Below, in pieces: positions 18,919 through 28,264 of a DNA stretch of 64,000 nt. A model generated the notes under the pieces. That model had not been told where the DNA came from. It worked only from the letters and a program-made list of their open reading frames with translations, and did no database searches. Within the stretch, counting starts at the first letter, position 1; every line of letters starts with the position of its first letter. The position numbers were made by a program, and so were the translations under genes. This DNA is from an uncultured delta proteobacterium (GTDB lineage Bacteria; Myxococcota_A; Polyangia; Polyangiales; Polyangiaceae), in NCBI GenBank assembly GCA_963782055.1, contig CAWAIF010000003.1, positions 2,560,001-2,624,000 of the forward strand, read 5' to 3'.

Positions 18919-19773
18919 TCAGCCCGCGGCGCGGGCGCGGCCTTGCTCCAGGATGCGCGCGATGTCCTCCGGGCCCAGTTGCCTGGCGCGCTCGCGCAGT
19001 CTGTCGAGGGCTGCCTGCGCGTCGGGGGAGGCCGCGGCGGTGGCGGGCGGTGGTGCCGGAGCCGGCGGTGGCTCCGGAGCGGAGGCCGGCGGCGCGGACG
19101 CTTCGGAGGCCGGCGGCGCGGCCACCGCGATCTCCGGCTCGCTCGGCGGCTCCGCCGGCAGCTCCCCGCTGGAGACGTCCAGCACGATGGGGATCGACGG
19201 ATCGGCGTCCGGCACCGAGATGGGCACGGAGTCTGGCCCAGCCAGCAGCTCCGACGCCGACACGATCTCCGGCGCGGAGGAGACCTCCGGCGCCGACGAG
19301 ATCTCCGCGGGCTCCGCCGACACCGGCTCGGGATCGGCCTCGCGCGCGGCCCGTGGCGGCAGCGGCGGCGGCTTGCCCTTCGCCGCCTCCGGCAAGGGCG
19401 GCGGCCTGGCGCTGGGCGCCGCGGCGCTGGGTGGCGGCGGCGCGCCCGACCGCCGCTCCTCCTTCATCGCCGCGGCGCGGTCGACGAGCGCCTTGGACTT
19501 GGAGTCCAGGCGGGTGAACCGGAGCGAGAGGCCCGGCTCGCTCCCGACGGCGGCCGCCTTGTAGCCGACCACGCGACCCTCGCCGCGCAGGATGGGCGTG
19601 CCGTCGGCCAGCGAGACCTCGAAGCGGAGCACCACGCCCTCCGGTCGCGACTGCGCGCCGACGAGGGTGACCCCGGTGCGCGAGAAGGTGTCCAGCTCGT
19701 GCGCCAGCAGCTCCTCCACCGTGGCGTAGGGGCGCGTGATGCGGATGGCGACCGGCGTGCGGACTGCGCTCAC
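18919..19773 (-). CDS. Hypothetical protein: myxobacterial PilZ-like N-domain plus Pro/Ala/Glu-rich tail
   Basis: LRFEVSLADGTPILRGEGRVV...GLSLRFTRLD pattern; GTG start preceded by TATTCT-N6. Confidence 0.6.
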   Translation of the reverse strand: MSAVRTPVAIRITRPYATVEELLAHELDTFSRTGVTLVGAQSRPEGVVLRFEVSLADGTPILRGEGRVVGYKAAAVGSEPGLSLRFTRLDSKSKALVDRAAAMKEERRSGAPPPPSAAAPSARPPPLPEAAKGKPPPLPPRAAREADPEPVSAEPAEISSAPEVSSAPEIVSASELLAGPDSVPISVPDADPSIPIVLDVSSGELPAEPPSEPEIAVAAPPASEASAPPASAPEPPPAPAPPPATAAASPDAQAALDRLRERARQLGPEDIARILEQGRARAAG

Positions 19774-19835
19774 GCTCCCAGAATAGACCGGCCGTACGGC
19801 GCGTGGACGGGGATTTTGGGTTACAAGTGGCGCCC

Positions 19836-21098
19836 ATGGCACGTGTCCTCGTCATCGGCTCGGGCGCCCGGGAGCACGCGCTGGTCCAGCGCTTCGCGCG
19901 GGAGGGGCACGAGGCGCTCGCCCTGCCCGGCAACGCGGGGACCGCCCGCGACGGGCGCAACCTCCCCGGCCGGGCGGATGACGTCCCGGGGATCGTCGCG
20001 GCGGCCACCCGGGAGAAGGCGGAGCTGGTGGTGGTGGGCCCGGAGGTGCCCCTCACCCTGGGCGTCGTGGACGCGCTGGCGGCCGCGGGTTTCCGCGCCT
20101 TCGGGCCCTCCCGCGCCGCCGCCCGCCTCGAGGCGTCCAAGGCCTTCATGAAGCAGTTCCTGAAGCGTCACAGGATCCCCACCGCCGACTTCCAGGTGTT
20201 CGACGACGCCGACGCCGCCGAGGCGCACGTGCGCGCCGCCGCGCGGCCGCTGGTGGTCAAGGCGGACGGCCTGGCGGCCGGCAAGGGAGTGGTGGTCGCG
20301 AGCTCCGCCGACGAGGCGCTCGCCGCTGTGCGATCGATGATGCGCGACGGCGCCTTCGGCGACGCCGGCAAGACGGTGGTGATCGAGGAGCTGTTGCCAG
20401 GGCAGGAGGCGAGCTTCCACGTCCTCTGCGACGGCGAGCGCGGGGTGGCGCTGGCGCCCGCGCAGGATCACAAGCGCGTCCTGGACGGCGACCGCGGCCC
20501 CAACACCGGCGGGATGGGGGCGTACGCGCCGGCGCCCGTGGTCACCGAGGCGGTGCGCGCCGCCGTCATGGACCGCGTCGTCACGCCCACCCTGCGCGGC
20601 ATGGCGGCGGAGGGCGCCCCCTTCCGCGGCGTGCTCTTCGTCGGCCTGATGATCGACGCCGGCGAGCCGCGGGTGCTGGAGTTCAACGTGCGCTTCGGCG
20701 ATCCGGAGACGTGCGTGCTGCTGCCGCTGGTGGACGGGAGCCTCTACGACCTGTTGTACTCTGCAACCACCGGACGTCTGCCCGCGGAGGTGCCGGTGCG
20801 CGCCGGCGCCGCGCTCTGCGTGGTGATGGCGGCGGAGGGCTATCCTGGCAAGCCCGCAACTGGCGACGGCATCGAGGGGCTGGACGCGCCGCTCGCCGAG
20901 GGGCAGTTCGTGCTGCACGCCGGGACGAAGGTGCGCGAGGACGGCGCCGTCGTGACGAGCGGTGGGCGCATCCTGACCGTGGGGGCGTCCGCGGCCACGC
21001 TCGCCGACGCGCGCCGTCTCGCGTACGAGGTGGTGGCGCGGATCCGCTGGCGCGGCGAGCACCACCGGAGCGACATCGGCTGGCGCGCGCTCGGGTGA
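19836..21098 (+). CDS. purD: Phosphoribosylamine--glycine ligase
   Basis: VLVIGSGAREHAL, VVKADGLAAGKGV, QDHKR...GPNTGGMGAY, EFNVRFGDPE. Confidence 0.96.
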   Translation: MARVLVIGSGAREHALVQRFAREGHEALALPGNAGTARDGRNLPGRADDVPGIVAAATREKAELVVVGPEVPLTLGVVDALAAAGFRAFGPSRAAARLEASKAFMKQFLKRHRIPTADFQVFDDADAAEAHVRAAARPLVVKADGLAAGKGVVVASSADEALAAVRSMMRDGAFGDAGKTVVIEELLPGQEASFHVLCDGERGVALAPAQDHKRVLDGDRGPNTGGMGAYAPAPVVTEAVRAAVMDRVVTPTLRGMAAEGAPFRGVLFVGLMIDAGEPRVLEFNVRFGDPETCVLLPLVDGSLYDLLYSATTGRLPAEVPVRAGAALCVVMAAEGYPGKPATGDGIEGLDAPLAEGQFVLHAGTKVREDGAVVTSGGRILTVGASAATLADARRLAYEVVARIRWRGEHHRSDIGWRALG

Positions 21099-21157
21099 CG
21101 GGCCTGACGCGGAGAGGGCTTCGCGGCGCGCTCGCTTCATGCTAGCGAGAGTCGTTG

Positions 21158-22489
21158 ATGGCCGAGATCGCCCCGCTCACGCCGCTCCGGTACGACCTGC
21201 CACGGCTGCCCGGTGGTCTGGCGCGCGTCGTGGCGCCTCCGTACGACGTGATCGACGCCTCGCAGCGCAAGGAACTCGCCGCGCGCGATCCGCACAACAT
21301 CGTGCGGCTGATCCTCCCGGAGGGGGAGGGTGACGCGAAGTACGCCGAGGCCGCGCGGCTCCTCGGCGCGTGGCAGGAGAGCGGCGTGCTCATCCGCGAC
21401 ACAGAGCCCGCCTTCTACCGCTACGACCAGACCTTCGTTCCCCCGGGCGGCGGTCCCGACCAGAAGGCCATCACCCGCCGCGGCTTCCTCGCGGCGGTCC
21501 GCCTGCACCCCTTCGCCGACCGGATCGTGCTCCCCCACGAGCGCACCCTCTCCGGCCCCAAGGAAGACCGGCTCAAGCTCTTCCGCGCCACCGGCACCAA
21601 CCTCAGCCCAGGGTTCATGCTCTACCGCGACCCGCGCCACCAGCTCGAAGCGCCGCTCGAGACGGGCCACGTGCTCACGCAGTTCTCCACGCCCGACGGC
21701 GTGCACCACGTCCTGGCGAAGGTCACCGCGCGCGACGCGGTCATCGCCATCGTGGACGGCGTGCGCAAGTCCTCCCTGCTCATCGCCGACGGCCACCACC
21801 GCTACGAGACGGCCCTCCACTACCGCGACGAGGTCTCCGCCCAGCACCCCGCCGCGCCGGAGCGCGCGGAGCACCGCTACTTCATGACCTTCCTCGTCAA
21901 CGGGGACGATCCCAACCTGGTCGTCTTCCCGACGCACCGCCACATCCACTCCCTGCCCGTCTTCTCCTACGACGAGATGCTCCAGCGGGTGGCGGACCTC
22001 TTCGACGTCCGCCCCCTGGCGCAGGGCGCCACCGCCGAGGTGGCCACGAAGGAGCTGGGCGAGGCGGGGCAGAAGCGACCGAGCTTCGCGGTCGCCGCCC
22101 CGGACGGCCGGGTGACCCTGCTCTCGCTGAAGGAGGGGGCCGATCTCGCCGGCCACGCCCTGCTGGGCGCCCGCCCGGAGGCCCTGCGCCGGACGGACGT
22201 CGCCCTCCTCCACGACGGCATCCTGGAGGCCGTGCTGGGGATCACCCGGGAGGCTCAGGCGGCCAAGGCCAACATCTACTACCCGCAGGACGCCCGCGCC
22301 GCCCTGGCCGAGCTGCGCGCCGGCAAGGGCCAGGTGCTCTTCTTGATGAACGCCACGCCCGTCACCCAGGTGCGCGACGTGGCCGAGGCAGGCGAGGTCA
22401 TGCCGCAGAAGTCCACCTTCTTCTATCCGAAGGTGCTGACCGGCCTCGCCGTGCACACGCTCGATCCCACCCGGGTCGTCCCCACGTGA
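21158..22489 (+). CDS. DUF1015 family protein
   Basis: APPYDVI, ILPHE-like VLPHERT, IADGHHRYETA, MPQKSTFFYPK. Confidence 0.88.
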   Translation: MAEIAPLTPLRYDLPRLPGGLARVVAPPYDVIDASQRKELAARDPHNIVRLILPEGEGDAKYAEAARLLGAWQESGVLIRDTEPAFYRYDQTFVPPGGGPDQKAITRRGFLAAVRLHPFADRIVLPHERTLSGPKEDRLKLFRATGTNLSPGFMLYRDPRHQLEAPLETGHVLTQFSTPDGVHHVLAKVTARDAVIAIVDGVRKSSLLIADGHHRYETALHYRDEVSAQHPAAPERAEHRYFMTFLVNGDDPNLVVFPTHRHIHSLPVFSYDEMLQRVADLFDVRPLAQGATAEVATKELGEAGQKRPSFAVAAPDGRVTLLSLKEGADLAGHALLGARPEALRRTDVALLHDGILEAVLGITREAQAAKANIYYPQDARAALAELRAGKGQVLFLMNATPVTQVRDVAEAGEVMPQKSTFFYPKVLTGLAVHTLDPTRVVPT

Positions 22490-22542
22490 ACGGCACCCTC
22501 GCCCTGCCCGAACGATGGGGGAGCCCGTCGCTCTTGGTGGGC

Positions 22543-22557
22543 TGGCGCGAAGCTTGC
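22543..22557 (+). promoter_or_regulatory. Putative sigma-54 promoter upstream of lon
   Basis: TGGCGCGAAGCTTGC: GG-N10-GC with TTGC; intergenic, about 135 nt upstream of the ATG. Confidence 0.55.
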
Positions 22558-22692
22558 CCAGTGTTTAGCTTCGCTCAGGTCAGGTCGCAGCAGACTGATA
22601 CGTGGCGAACAGAACCGAAGCTTTTCCCCCGGCAGCGTGCTCGTGCAACGCTCCCTGGGCCTGCCCGAACGGCCACGACGGAGAGGTAAGAC

Positions 22693-25101
22693 ATGTCCGA
22701 AAAGAAAGTGCCCCCGCGGGAAGAAGAGGTCGTGCAGTTCGGTGACGAGCTGCCCGTCCTCCCCATCCGGAACGCTGTGCTGTTCCCCGGGGCCGTGGCT
22801 CCGTTCGACGTGGGCCGGGAGAAGTCGGTCGCCCTCGTCGAAGACGTCGACAGCCTGCCGTCCCCGGTCATCGCCATCTTCGCCCAGAAGGACCCGTCCA
22901 CCGACGACCCGGGCATGGATGATCTGCACGTCGTCGGCTGCGCGGCCCGCGTCCTCAAGGCGCTCAAGCACAGCTCCGGCAACTACTCGCTCATCCTTCA
23001 GGGCCTGACGCGCATCCGCCTGGAGGACGTGAGCCAGAGCGCCCCGTACCTCAAGGCCAAGGTGCGCCGCCTGGAAGAGGCGGGCGTCGAGGACGACGAG
23101 GCCGAGGCCCTGAGCATGAGCCTGCGCGACATCGCCAAGCAGGTCATCCAGCTCATGCCCGAGCTCCCGCGCGAGGCGGGCTCCCTCATCGACTCCATCC
23201 AGGCGCCCGGCGCCCTGGCGGACCTGGTGGCCGCCAACCTGGACGCCCCGGTGGAGGAGAAGGCCGGCCTGCTCGAGACGGTGGACGTGAAGGAGCGCAT
23301 CCGCAAGGTGCTGCGCCTGCTCACCCGCCAGCTGGAGATCCTCAAGATGCGCGAGCGCATCAACTCCCAGATCAAGGAGGAGATGGGCAAAAACCAGCGC
23401 GAGTACGTCCTGCGGCAGCAGCTCAAGGCCATCAAGGAGGAGCTCGGCGAGGATGACGGCGACCAGGGCGACCTGGACGGCCTGGAGGATCGCATCGCCA
23501 AGGCCAACCTCCCCAACGAGGCGGAGACGGTCGCGAAGAAGCAGATCAAGCGCCTGCGCAACATGCAGGTGGGCTCGGCGGAGTACACCGTCGTGCGCAC
23601 CTACCTGGACTGGATCCTGGATCTGCCCTGGCACACCCAGACGCCGGACAACCTGGAGATCGCCGCGGTGCGCAAGGTCCTGGACGAGGACCACTACGGC
23701 CTGGAGAAGGTCAAGAAGCGCATCCTGGAGTACCTGGCCGTCCGCAAGCTGAAGAAGGACAAGAAGGGTCCCATCCTCTGTCTGATCGGCCCGCCCGGCG
23801 TCGGCAAGACGTCGCTCGGCCGGAGCATCGCGCGGTCGCTGGGGCGCAAGTTCCACCGCATCTCCCTCGGTGGCGTGCACGACGAGGCGGCCATCCGTGG
23901 CCACCGGCGCACCTACGTGGGCGCGCTCCCCGGCCAGATCATCCAGGGCATGAAGAAGGTGGGCACCATCAACCCCGTCTTCATGCTCGACGAGGTCGAC
24001 AAGATCGGCCACGACTTCCGCGGCGATCCCGCGGCCGCCCTGCTGGAGGTGCTCGACCCGGAGCAGAACTTCAGCTTCGCCGACCACTACCTGGAGATCC
24101 CGTACGATCTCTCCAACGTCATGTTCGTCGCCACGGCGAACATCGCCGACCCCATCCCCGCCCCCCTGCGCGACCGCATGGAGATCCTGGAGATCCCCGG
24201 CTACACGCGCAACGAGAAGCTCGCCATCGCGCGGCAGCACCTCATCCCCAAGCAGATCGAGGAGCACGGCATCGCGAAGGACCAGCTCGTCATCGCAGAC
24301 GAGGCGGTGGACACCATCATCGACTACTACACGCGAGAGGCCGGCGTCCGCACGCTGGAGCGGCAGATCGCCAGCGTCATCCGCGGCGTCGCCGTCAAGA
24401 TCGCCGAGGGCGACAACTCCCCCCGCAAGATCGAGACGGAGGACCAGATCCGCGAGTTCCTCGGGCCGCAGCGCTTCACCTCCGAGGTCGCCGAGCGCAC
24501 CGAGGAGCCCGGCGTCGCCACAGGCCTCGCCTGGACGAGCGTCGGCGGCGAGATCCTCTTCATCGAGGCGACCCGCATGTTCGGCTCCGGCAAGCTGCAG
24601 CTCACCGGGCAGCTCGGGGACGTGATGAAGGAGTCCGCTCAGGCCGCCCTCTCCTACGTGCGCACCAACGCCGAGCGCCTCGGCATCGCGCGCGACTTCC
24701 TGGAGAAGAGCGACATCCACATCCACATCCCGGCGGGCGCCATGCCCAAGGACGGCCCCTCCGCCGGCGTGACGATGTTCACCGCGCTCGTCTCGATGCT
24801 CACCGGCATCCGCATCCGCCACGACGTGGCGATGACCGGCGAGATCACCCTGCGTGGCCGCGTGCTGCCCATCGGCGGTCTCAAGGAGAAGGTGCTCGCC
24901 GCGCACCGCGCGGGCATCAAGCGGGTCATCGTGCCCGAGCGCAACAAGGCCGACCTCGACGAGGTCCCGGCCGAGGTGAAAAACGACCTGGAGTTCGTCT
25001 TCGTCGCCAAGATGGAGCAGGTGCTCGAGGCCGCGCTGGAGGAGATGCCGAAGCCGCGTCCGGAGGAGAAGAAGGAAGCGGCCCCCCCTCCCACCAACTA
25101 G
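22693..25101 (+). CDS. lon: ATP-dependent Lon protease
   Basis: Lon N-domain, GPPGVGKTS, DEVDK, protease motifs PKDGPSAG and GGLKEK. Confidence 0.97.
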   Translation: MSEKKVPPREEEVVQFGDELPVLPIRNAVLFPGAVAPFDVGREKSVALVEDVDSLPSPVIAIFAQKDPSTDDPGMDDLHVVGCAARVLKALKHSSGNYSLILQGLTRIRLEDVSQSAPYLKAKVRRLEEAGVEDDEAEALSMSLRDIAKQVIQLMPELPREAGSLIDSIQAPGALADLVAANLDAPVEEKAGLLETVDVKERIRKVLRLLTRQLEILKMRERINSQIKEEMGKNQREYVLRQQLKAIKEELGEDDGDQGDLDGLEDRIAKANLPNEAETVAKKQIKRLRNMQVGSAEYTVVRTYLDWILDLPWHTQTPDNLEIAAVRKVLDEDHYGLEKVKKRILEYLAVRKLKKDKKGPILCLIGPPGVGKTSLGRSIARSLGRKFHRISLGGVHDEAAIRGHRRTYVGALPGQIIQGMKKVGTINPVFMLDEVDKIGHDFRGDPAAALLEVLDPEQNFSFADHYLEIPYDLSNVMFVATANIADPIPAPLRDRMEILEIPGYTRNEKLAIARQHLIPKQIEEHGIAKDQLVIADEAVDTIIDYYTREAGVRTLERQIASVIRGVAVKIAEGDNSPRKIETEDQIREFLGPQRFTSEVAERTEEPGVATGLAWTSVGGEILFIEATRMFGSGKLQLTGQLGDVMKESAQAALSYVRTNAERLGIARDFLEKSDIHIHIPAGAMPKDGPSAGVTMFTALVSMLTGIRIRHDVAMTGEITLRGRVLPIGGLKEKVLAAHRAGIKRVIVPERNKADLDEVPAEVKNDLEFVFVAKMEQVLEAALEEMPKPRPEEKKEAAPPPTN

Positions 25102-25137
25102 CGCGGGAGAAGAGGGGTGGGTTGTGGCGTGGGGCCA

Positions 25138-26643
25138 TCATCTTGTGCGGCGGCGGATGACGCTGTGCGAGTAGCCGTACGAGAAGTAGACGACCAGGCC
25201 GATCGCCAGCCACACGACGAGCCTGAGCCAGTTGGAGAGCTCCAGGCCGGCGATGAGCGCCACGCACGCCAGCGCCGAGAGGATGGGCGTGACGGGGAAG
25301 AAGGGGACCTTGAAGGGCCGCAGGCGGTTGGGGTAGCGCAGGCGCAGGACGATCACGCCCAGCGAGACCAGGATGAAGGCGAAGAGGGTGCCGATGTTGG
25401 TGAGGCCGATCGCCTGGTCCGGGGTGAGCACCGAGCACCCGATCGCCACGACCAGCCCGGTGAGCCACGTGGAGACGTGCGGGGTCTGGAAGCGCGGGTG
25501 GATGCGGCTGAAGACCTGAGGCAGCAGGCCGTCGCGCGCCATGACCATGAAGATGCGCGTCTGGCCGAGCTGGAAGACGAGGAGCACCGCCGTCATCGCG
25601 ACCACGGCCCCGAAGCCGAAGATGGTCGCGAAGTTCTGGTAGCCCATGTACTCCATGGCCTTCGCGAGCGGGTCGTTGGTCGTCATCTGACTCATCGGGA
25701 CGACGCCGGTGAGCACCGCCGCCGTGAGGATGTAGAGCACCGTGCAGACCACGAGCGAGGCGATGAGGCCGCGCGGCATGTCGCGCTGCGGGTTCTTGCA
25801 CTCCTCGCCCGCCGTGGAGACCGCGTCGAAGCCGATGTAGCTGAAGAAGCCGAGCGCCGCGCCCTGCCAGATGCCCTTGAAGCCGTTGGGCGCGAAGGGG
25901 TGCCAGTGCGTCTCGCCGCGGTGCAGGATGGTGCGGAAGCCCAGGGCGATGAAGATGCCCACCAGCGTCAGCTTGAGGATGACCATGACGGCGTTGACGC
26001 GCGCGCTCTCCCGGATGCCGACGAAGAGCAGCACCGTGAGGAGCATGGTGATGCCGAAGGCCGGCAAGTTGAAGGCGACGACGTGACCGGCCACGTGGGG
26101 GAACCACACGCCCGCGTTCTCCGGCGCGCGCGCCATCGCGGTCGCCGTCTGCACGTCCTTGGTGAGCCACAGCGGGAGCTGCCAGCCGAGCAGGCCGTGG
26201 AGGAAGGTCTGGAAGTAGTCGCCCCAGCTCTGCGCCACGTAGATGTTGCCGATCGCGTACTCGATGATGAGGTCCCAGCCGATGATCCACGCCACCAGCT
26301 CGCCGAAGGCCGCGTAGGAGTAGGAGTACGCGCTGCCGGAGACCGGCACCATCGCCGCGACCTCCGCGTAACAGAGCGCCGCGAGGCCGCACGCGACGGC
26401 CGTCAGCACGTAGGAGATGATCACGGCGGGGCCGGCGCCGTGCATCATCAGGTGGCCTTCGGCGTCGAAGCGCCCGACAATCATCTCCTTGATGCTCGAG
26501 AAGAGGCCCGCGCCGATGATGGCGCCGATGCCCAGGAGGGTGAGGTCCAGCGCGGTCAAAGAGCGCCGCAGCCCGTGACCCTCGGGGGCGGGCTCACCGT
26601 CCTCCTCCACGTGCTTTCGAAGAAAGAGCGACCGGAAGTCCAT
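25138..26643 (-). CDS. APC-family amino acid permease
   Basis: GIGAIIGAG, GSAYSY, FFSYIGFDAVST; about 12 hydrophobic segments. Confidence 0.92.
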   Translation of the reverse strand: MDFRSLFLRKHVEEDGEPAPEGHGLRRSLTALDLTLLGIGAIIGAGLFSSIKEMIVGRFDAEGHLMMHGAGPAVIISYVLTAVACGLAALCYAEVAAMVPVSGSAYSYSYAAFGELVAWIIGWDLIIEYAIGNIYVAQSWGDYFQTFLHGLLGWQLPLWLTKDVQTATAMARAPENAGVWFPHVAGHVVAFNLPAFGITMLLTVLLFVGIRESARVNAVMVILKLTLVGIFIALGFRTILHRGETHWHPFAPNGFKGIWQGAALGFFSYIGFDAVSTAGEECKNPQRDMPRGLIASLVVCTVLYILTAAVLTGVVPMSQMTTNDPLAKAMEYMGYQNFATIFGFGAVVAMTAVLLVFQLGQTRIFMVMARDGLLPQVFSRIHPRFQTPHVSTWLTGLVVAIGCSVLTPDQAIGLTNIGTLFAFILVSLGVIVLRLRYPNRLRPFKVPFFPVTPILSALACVALIAGLELSNWLRLVVWLAIGLVVYFSYGYSHSVIRRRTR

Positions 26644-26684
26644 CGGATGGGCAGCATACCCGGCGTGCTAACCTCGCGTCCCCC

Positions 26685-27971
26685 ATGACGAAGCCGGTGC
26701 GTATCGGTCTCCTCGGGTGCGGTGTCGTCGGCGGCGGCGTGGTGCGCCTGCTCACCGACAACGCCCGCTATCTCGCCGAGCGCGTGGGCGCGCCGCTGGA
26801 GATCGCGCGCGTGCTGGTGCGCGATCCGGACAAGGAGCGCGTCCTCGAGCTGGACCGCGCGCTGGTCACCACCTTGCCGGAGGTGCTGCTCGACGACCCC
26901 GACATCGACGTGGTCGTCGAGACGATGGGCGGCCTGGACCCGGCGCGCGAGTACGTCGAGCGCGCCATCGAGAACAAGCGCGGCGTGGTGACGGCCAACA
27001 AGATGCTCCTCGCGATGCACGGCCCTGCGCTGGTGGACCGCGCGATCATGGCCGGCGTGGACATCGCCTTCGAGGCCTCGGTCGGCGGCGGCATCCCCAT
27101 CATCCGCACCCTGCGCGAGGCCTTCGCCAGCGACTGGGTGACCTCCCTCGCCGGCATCGTCAACGGGACGTGCAACTACGTGCTGTCCCGCATGCACGAG
27201 GACGGCCTGGACTTCGACGCCGCCGTGAAGGAGGCCCAGCGCCACGGCTACGCCGAGGCGGACCCCGAGCTGGACGTGGGCGGCCACGACGCCGCGCACA
27301 AGCTGGTCGTGCTGGCGATGCTCGCCTTCGGCGCGCGCGTGGACTCCGCCAGGGTACCGACGGAGGGCATCCGGGAGATCGAGCCGGTGGATCACCGGTT
27401 CGCCGCGCGCTTCGGCTACGCCATCAAGCACCTGGCGATAGGCCGCGACCGCGACGGGGAGGTGGAGCTCCGCGTGCACCCCGCGCTGGTGCGCAAGGAC
27501 ACGCCCCTGGCCAACGTGGGCGGCGTGCTCAACGCCATCGCGCTGGAGGGCCGCGCCCTGGGGCCGTGCCTGCTCTCCGGCCGCGGCGCCGGGGAGATGC
27601 CGACGGCCGTCAGCGTGGTGGCCGACGTGCTGGACGTGGCGCGCGCGCTGCGCAGCGGCGTGCCCGGCCTGATGACCCGCGGCATCCAGTTGCAGGCGCG
27701 CGCCGTGGCGCCCCTCGCCCGCGTCCGGACGCGCTACTACCTGCGCTTCACCGCGCACAATCACGCGGGCGTGCTCGCGCGCATCGCCGCGGCGCTCGGC
27801 GACGCGGGCGTCACCGTCGAGCAGATGGTCCAGGAGGAACGCGAGCCGGGCGTCGCGCAGATCGTGATGACCACCCACGAGGCCACCGAGAAGGACATGG
27901 ACGCCGCCCTCGCCGCGCTCGCGGGGCAGAGCTTCGTCGTGCGCCCGACGCGCCGCATCCGCATCCACTGA
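26685..27971 (+). CDS. hom: Homoserine dehydrogenase with C-terminal ACT domain
   Basis: GLLGCGVVGGG, VVTANK, FEASVGGGIP, GYAEADP. Confidence 0.95.
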   Translation: MTKPVRIGLLGCGVVGGGVVRLLTDNARYLAERVGAPLEIARVLVRDPDKERVLELDRALVTTLPEVLLDDPDIDVVVETMGGLDPAREYVERAIENKRGVVTANKMLLAMHGPALVDRAIMAGVDIAFEASVGGGIPIIRTLREAFASDWVTSLAGIVNGTCNYVLSRMHEDGLDFDAAVKEAQRHGYAEADPELDVGGHDAAHKLVVLAMLAFGARVDSARVPTEGIREIEPVDHRFAARFGYAIKHLAIGRDRDGEVELRVHPALVRKDTPLANVGGVLNAIALEGRALGPCLLSGRGAGEMPTAVSVVADVLDVARALRSGVPGLMTRGIQLQARAVAPLARVRTRYYLRFTAHNHAGVLARIAAALGDAGVTVEQMVQEEREPGVAQIVMTTHEATEKDMDAALAALAGQSFVVRPTRRIRIH

Positions 27972-28264
27972 CCGTCCACGGCGAGCGGCGCGCCGCGGTG
28001 CCGGCTCCGAGCGCGCTGGCGCCGGCTCCGGTCGTTCCGGAGCGGCTCGGCGTGGGTCTCGTAGAGCAGGCAAATCCCTCGCGGGTGACCTGCCACGCGC
28101 CCGCGCCCGGCCAGCGCTTCCACGGCCTCGTCGCGGCGCTCTCGCCGGTGCTCGACCCGCGAACATGGGACGTCGGCCGCGTCGTGACCTCGCCTTCGCA
28201 CGGACCGAGCTCCGGTGGCGCGTGGCGTAGACGTTCCTCGGCGACCCACCGTGGCGGCGCGCCC

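Noticed and set aside
27972..28264. About 290-bp gap between hom and the convergent kinase, with a coding-like look
   Set aside because: No convincing start/stop pair, motif or strong hairpin; possibly a gene remnant, but unsupported
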